This document shows, piece by piece, positions 59,901 through 64,000 of a DNA stretch of 64,000 bases. Source of the DNA: a virus; IMG/VR virus record IMGVR_UViG_3300036816_000007, positions 1-64,000 of that record, one strand, 5' to 3'. Position 1 is the first letter of the stretch. Each line of letters opens with the position of its first letter. Both the position numbers and the translations under genes were made by a program. Below the pieces are notes generated by a model. That model ran no database searches, had not been told where the DNA came from, and worked only from the letters and a program-made list of their open reading frames with translations.

Positions 59901-60677
59901 TCACGCTCTTTTTAACCCGCGATGACTAATTCCGACAAACTCTCGTTCGATACAGCGGTCCCGAATCCGGTCTATTAATCGCGGCGTAGTTTCGCGTAAC
60001 ACCGTGCCGAGGTCTTTCAGCTCGACGTTGCTCGTATATACCGTAACTAAGTCATTTGTTACACGGTAATTAATAACGCTGTGTAAATCGCTGCGGAATC
60101 CCTCGGTATCGTCACGCACACCTATATCGTCAAGCACCGCAAATGGGGCGGATTTAGCGTGCTGCATTTGGGCGTAATATTGGCGCGCTGCTGGCTCCGC
60201 AATGTCGTCCGGTACTTTGGGTCGGTTGAACTCCGTATAGAGCGTTTGCCACGCGTTTACATCGAGAAAATATGCTGGCCGATCCAACGCTTGCCTGTTG
60301 CGCTGGATTGATCCGATATAATGTCGCGTAATGTATTCGCCGATGAGTGCGGCCGCCGTCGTAGTCTTACCGGTGCCGGGCCCCGCGCTATAAAAGTACA
60401 GCGATTTGATCGGTTCCTCCGGATTATCTTCGAATTGGCGTGCGAATGTCTTGACGTACGCATCCAAAGCGCGGTATATCGACGCCTGGTCCGTCCGTGC
60501 GGGCGAATTGGCGAGTGTTAAGCCGAGATATCCCGACGGTAAGTTTGCCGCGCCTACACGTCCACCTGCGCCATTTAATCCGTGCGTTGCGATATACGAT
60601 CCGCAGAGCTTCGTACATTGCGCGGAGTCGGCTAGCGAACAGTGCTGCGCGAGTATGCAGTTTTTAGCGTTGGACAT
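59901..60677 (-). CDS. AAA+ helicase loader (DnaC/DnaI-like) with Cys-rich N-terminus
   Basis: GPGTGKTTTAAAL Walker A and FAVLDDIG Walker B. N-terminal C..C..C...C cluster. Confidence 0.75.
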   Translation of the reverse strand: MSNAKNCILAQHCSLADSAQCTKLCGSYIATHGLNGAGGRVGAANLPSGYLGLTLANSPARTDQASIYRALDAYVKTFARQFEDNPEEPIKSLYFYSAGPGTGKTTTAAALIGEYITRHYIGSIQRNRQALDRPAYFLDVNAWQTLYTEFNRPKVPDDIAEPAARQYYAQMQHAKSAPFAVLDDIGVRDDTEGFRSDLHSVINYRVTNDLVTVYTSNVELKDLGTVLRETTPRLIDRIRDRCIEREFVGISHRGLKRA

Positions 60678-60771
60678 TTGCGTTCCTCCTAACTGTAGCG
60701 TATTTGAATCGGATTAACGCACACTCTACGCCTGATTTACGGATGATTTTCGTACGTTTATAGTGGGCGCG

Positions 60772-61206
60772 TTAAAATAAATCGATAATCTCATCGTCTG
60801 TAAATACGTTGTTATCCGCACTATCACCGCAATACTCCGCCTGTTTCGATGCACGCGCCTGTTCCGCTAAAACTTGCGGCATTATACGTGGGAGAAGATA
60901 CGCAATTAGAAATCCCGCCGTCAATTGCGGATACTGCGGCGTAGGTTTATACTCACGGAATGCTCGCGTTATTGTCTCGCGTAGGGCTGACGGACCATAT
61001 TGCGTTAGTGCCCGCTTGATTACGCCTTGTTCGAATGCCCAGCCGCGCAATGGAATATACGTCTCCACTCCGAATTGCTCGCGGTTGATATCGGTAACCA
61101 TTGCGTGGACAGTCGGCGTTTTCCATTCGTCTAGCGGAAGGTTGCGCCAGTCCTTGCGCATTTCGGACGTGATCTGCGGCTTCGGCGGTTTCTTAGCGCG
61201 TGGCAT
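60772..61206 (-). CDS. Hypothetical protein (replication module)
   Basis: The ATG at 61206 is 7 nt after ACGGAGGTG. 144 aa. Confidence 0.6.
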   Translation of the reverse strand: MPRAKKPPKPQITSEMRKDWRNLPLDEWKTPTVHAMVTDINREQFGVETYIPLRGWAFEQGVIKRALTQYGPSALRETITRAFREYKPTPQYPQLTAGFLIAYLLPRIMPQVLAEQARASKQAEYCGDSADNNVFTDDEIIDLF

Positions 61207-61669
61207 CGGCGGACACCTCCGTATTAAGTTTCCGTACATGTTCCCGCGCTCCTTGGATAACGTAATCCGTCCCGCTAGACAGCCCCGTTTGTTGAATCCT
61301 TCCGTCATCCGGCGCGGAGACTAGCGCCCTGAGCCAGCGGTGAGACTCCGTTACGTCATCGTATACGGGCGGCGTCGAATCCAGCGCGTCCTTTGCCGTC
61401 TGTGCGCAAGTGGACCCACGCATGTCAATTCCGCCGTATGTCGCGATCTGAGCGAGTACCGCGCGTAACCGTTCAACCTCCGCCTCAGCCGCGATCGCCC
61501 TGCGCAATGCTTCCGACCAACCCTCATCAGCCTCCTCGAAATAATGCCGCGGACATCCCTCGTCTGGATAATCTGCTCGATAACCTCCGCCCTCATCGTA
61601 GTACACTCCGCGGACAGATTCGCATAGCGCAAGATCCGCGTGTAAATCCCGCTTAATTTCCGTTGTCAT
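61193..61669 (-). CDS. Hypothetical protein
   Basis: The ATG at 61669 follows GGAGGTG. 158 aa. Confidence 0.6.
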   Translation of the reverse strand: MTTEIKRDLHADLALCESVRGVYYDEGGGYRADYPDEGCPRHYFEEADEGWSEALRRAIAAEAEVERLRAVLAQIATYGGIDMRGSTCAQTAKDALDSTPPVYDDVTESHRWLRALVSAPDDGRIQQTGLSSGTDYVIQGAREHVRKLNTEVSADATR

Positions 61670-61826
61670 CTCGTTGACACCTCCGTAGTATAAGTGGACT
61701 AGCGTATTTTGGTAAAACGTCATATTCGGGCATATTCAACCGTATCTGGTCCTATTCCGTCATTTCTTTTCCGGATCTGAGCATATGGACCTTAGTATTG
61801 CTCGATATTGCTCCGGATTCCGCATT

Positions 61827-62204
61827 TTAAGCGTTCACTCCTTCGATTTTGACGCCGGCCATATCAAGCGCGTACTCAATCCCGTCAGCAAACGCGTCAT
61901 CCTCCTCGTGGGTATTATAGTGTCCGATTCCGCCTCGATGTTTGAGATAAGCGTCCGTAAGTTCCCGTTCCAACTCCGCCCGCTTCTCTTCCTCCGACAT
62001 CTCCCGCGTATACCCGTTAACCAGCGCGGCCAGTAACGTGTCGAACGGAATGGAACATAGCGCCTTTACTGTCGGGTCCGTAGTTAGACCGTTACCAAGT
62101 AAGTCCAATATGTTCTCGTTCGTATATTTAAACGTATCACTGCGCAACGCCTCGATCGCATCCGCAACCTCTGCGGGAATAGTCGGTCTCACTACGTTAC
62201 TCAT
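61827..62204 (-). CDS. Hypothetical protein
   Basis: The ATG at 62204 is 9 nt after GGAGGAG. Confidence 0.6.
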   Translation of the reverse strand: MSNVVRPTIPAEVADAIEALRSDTFKYTNENILDLLGNGLTTDPTVKALCSIPFDTLLAALVNGYTREMSEEEKRAELERELTDAYLKHRGGIGHYNTHEEDDAFADGIEYALDMAGVKIEGVNA

Positions 62205-62278
62205 TCGCGTCATCTCCTCCGTTTTGTTTGCGATAATATTCGATGATATCGTCGATTGTTTCGAATGTTGGTGCGTTG

Positions 62279-62566
62279 TTAGATTGGTTCATTTGCGTTA
62301 ATCCTCCGTGTTATATCGTTCCTTACGTCACCTACCGTAATTATTCCGCTTCTAATTAGATCGGTCCGACTCGAATACGATTGGAATCCGCATAGGTGCT
62401 GCGTTTCTTCCGATTCGATTGCGCGGATAATTTCGATGTCAGTATCGTTGAATCCGAGGCTGCGGAGATACTCGGTTTCCTCACGTTCGATCCTCGTGAT
62501 GATATCCTGTGCGCGTTTAATTTCTTCCGGTGTCGGCGCGAATGCTTTGCGGAAATCTGCGAACAT
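62279..62566 (-). CDS. Hypothetical protein
   Basis: 95 aa. Confidence 0.6.
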   Translation of the reverse strand: MFADFRKAFAPTPEEIKRAQDIITRIEREETEYLRSLGFNDTDIEIIRAIESEETQHLCGFQSYSSRTDLIRSGIITVGDVRNDITRRINANEPI

Positions 62567-62570
62567 GGCG

Positions 62571-62915
62571 TCACTCCTCCGTTGCTAATTTCGCGATGAT
62601 GGCCGCGAGTCCGATCGCTTCTGGAAACGTAGATTTCTGTACTATTACGCGCGCGCTACCGTCAATTCCATTTATGCGAACACCGTACGTAGTCTTTCGC
62701 CCGGGGATACGCGCAACTTCAATGTAAGGATGGCGTTCGAATATAGGCCAAGCGTCGGGGATTACGGTCGTATAGTACGGTATCAAAACGCGCACTTCGT
62801 TAACCTCTCGAAAGTTGCCGAACGCAACTCCGCCAAAGATTTCCCGCTCGATCCACGCGTCCCTCTCACGTGCTGACATTCCGTCCCACTTTGCGATGAT
62901 TTCTTCTCGTTTCAT
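62571..62915 (-). CDS. Hypothetical protein (possibly phage ABA-sandwich-domain type)
   Basis: 114 aa. ERDAWIEREIFG ... DAWPIFERH loosely recalls that family. Confidence 0.45.
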   Translation of the reverse strand: MKREEIIAKWDGMSARERDAWIEREIFGGVAFGNFREVNEVRVLIPYYTTVIPDAWPIFERHPYIEVARIPGRKTTYGVRINGIDGSARVIVQKSTFPEAIGLAAIIAKLATEE

Positions 62916-62992
62916 ATAGCCATCCCTCCCGTAATTTAACCGTGATATTAGCGCCTTTCCTCCGCACTCTACCGAATACCCTCCGCCTACCC

Positions 62993-63343
62993 CTACGCGC
63001 CTAATTTAACGGTAAACTCAGGCGATAAGCCAGCGTTAACAGCCGTAAGTATCACCGCCGTCGTTTCGCGGATCGCTGCGCCAAGTTCCGTCAGGTTCGT
63101 TACGTCAAACTCCGCGGCCGTTCGTATCCTCACGCTATCGATAAGCGCAGTCAGGCCGGCGGTTGTCAGCGGGTAATACCCGATCTCATCCCAACGTTCG
63201 CGTATCGGCGGGGGCTCCGCGCCTTCAACCGCTTTATATCCGGGCGCCTTCGTAGGGTCTACTAGTTTGCGCTGCAGGACGATGAAGTTGTGCGCGTCCG
63301 TTTTGAGTGCGTAATTTTGCGTGATTTTAACGTTGTTTAACAT
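62993..63343 (-). CDS. Hypothetical protein
   Basis: 116 aa. Confidence 0.6.
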   Translation of the reverse strand: MLNNVKITQNYALKTDAHNFIVLQRKLVDPTKAPGYKAVEGAEPPPIRERWDEIGYYPLTTAGLTALIDSVRIRTAAEFDVTNLTELGAAIRETTAVILTAVNAGLSPEFTVKLGA

Positions 63344-63470
63344 GTGGAAACACCTCCGGCATATTTGTGACGAGCGACGCGTAATCGACGTAAATCCACG
63401 CGATTATTACGGTGATAGCAAGGAGATAAGCGATGAGGATTGCGGTGAGTCTGCGGTCTGAGCGCGTCAT
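63327..63470 (-). CDS. 47-aa TM peptide
   Basis: ATGA coupling. LTAILIAYLLAITVIIAWIYV. Confidence 0.45.
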   Translation of the reverse strand: MTRSDRRLTAILIAYLLAITVIIAWIYVDYASLVTNMPEVFPHVKQR

Positions 63471-63781
63471 AGGCGACCGTCCCACGCTCGGAATGCGTCG
63501 ATGGCGGCGGACTTGCGTTCTATCCGCGGCAGAATGTCGTTCGTATAGTCTCCGCACACTCTCCGCGAAATTGAGATGTAGTCCGGATTGTCGGCGTCAT
63601 ATACTCCGTAGCCATCGTAAAATTTACCGTAAGCTACCGAAGCAAATCCGAAAAGCCTACGTCGTACGAACAGTCTGACGAAAACGTGCTTACCGCCGTC
63701 CTCGCAACGTTTAATCATAACGCGATACCTCGTGCCGTCTTCGGCAATGACAGGAAATTTCGTGAGTTTGCGGTTTGACAT
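63467..63781 (-). CDS. Hypothetical protein
   Basis: 104 aa, SD GGAGGAA. First gene downstream of 34-bp element copy B. Confidence 0.65.
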   Translation of the reverse strand: MSNRKLTKFPVIAEDGTRYRVMIKRCEDGGKHVFVRLFVRRRLFGFASVAYGKFYDGYGVYDADNPDYISISRRVCGDYTNDILPRIERKSAAIDAFRAWDGRL

Positions 63782-63904
63782 AACGTGATTCCTCCGATTC
63801 TTTTATAAGTGCGTATATGCTCGCGATTCACTTCGTTCATACTCGCCGTCGCCTTTGGCTCCGTATCATCTACCGCGCGGATAAATATGTTCTTATCTAA
63901 TTCG

Positions 63905-63938
63905 TCCCGCGAAGTTTAGTTTGCGAAGCAAAATCAAC
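63905..63938. repeat. 34-bp conserved element, copy B
   Basis: TCCCGCGAAGTTTAGTTTGCGAAGCAAAATCAAC. Confidence 0.9.
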
Positions 63939-64000
63939 TGAGTGGTAATGTTATATCTAGTTCTTAGTGGCTCTTGTTAAAGGTGGTTATAGTTAGTGTG

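Larger units (their letters stand above)
233..64000. mobile_element. Integrated temperate siphovirus-type prophage; left junction near 215-240, right end beyond the window
   Basis: A tyrosine integrase abuts a truncated host gene at the left. It is followed by contiguous lysis, tail, head, packaging, regulatory, nucleotide-metabolism and replication modules, almost all on the minus strand. No host-like genes occur up to 64000. Confidence 0.85.

Noticed and set aside
30264-63938. The two 34-bp direct repeats as attL/attR of a nested element
   Set aside because: The integrase and the truncated host gene are at 1..1392. The repeats flank the phage's own replication and regulation genes, not a separable cargo. 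They are more likely regulatory sites.
1-64000. CRISPR arrays, tRNA and rRNA genes
   Set aside because: No regularly spaced repeat-spacer array occurs; the repeats found are present 2-5 times with regulatory-type spacing. No cloverleaf-like or rRNA-like segments were noticed in the intergenic regions. tRNA scanning software was not available, so a missed tRNA cannot be fully excluded.

Overview
Nearly the whole window, from about 233 to the right edge, is one large temperate siphovirus-type prophage longer than 63.7 kb. The host is an endospore-forming Firmicute. The right end of the prophage lies beyond the window.

The left edge (4..231, minus strand) is only the last ~75 codons of spo0A, cut off by an in-frame stop and followed directly by a tyrosine integrase (361..1392, plus strand). 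The prophage therefore appears to sit inside the sporulation master-regulator gene.

Almost all phage genes are on the minus strand, so transcription runs right to left. The layout, from left to right in window coordinates, is:
- int-proximal plus-strand cargo genes (1.5-2.6 kb and 4.0-4.3 kb)
- lysis cassette (2.6-3.8 kb)
- tail tip, fibre and tape-measure genes (5.1-15.4 kb), including a frameshifted tail chaperone
- head-tail connectors and capsid genes (16.2-20.4 kb)
- an unusual 3-gene insert with a 759-aa glycoside-hydrolase-like protein (20.5-23.7 kb)
- minor head protein, portal and TerL (23.7-28.1 kb)
- an ~0.87-kb repeat-rich, essentially non-coding spacer, then TerS (29.0-29.4 kb)
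- a 400-bp non-coding hub (30.1-30.5 kb)
- an insulated GIY-YIG plus double winged-helix cassette (30.5-31.9 kb)
- a long regulation, nucleotide-metabolism and replication region (32.5-63.8 kb)

That last region encodes sigma-r4-like and sigma-like factors, three plus-strand XRE regulators, dNMP kinase, ThyX, a MazG-like enzyme and NrdIEF. It also encodes RuvC-like, PD-(D/E)XK and DnaQ-like nucleases, a family-A DNA polymerase, an SSB-like protein, primase, DnaB-like helicase and an AAA+ loader.

The observations most worth follow-up are:
- the insertion in spo0A
- a distal-tail-protein gene split in two by a PBSX-like fibre cassette
- the GH-like gene inside the head module
- the terS-terL spacer, together with a terL that has no canonical start
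- two families of conserved intergenic elements (47 bp x2 and 34 bp x2)
- iteron clusters
- a four-member paralogous family of repeat-domain proteins
- conserved N-termini that lie upstream of the first canonical start codon

All functional calls come from motif recognition by eye. No database search was run.
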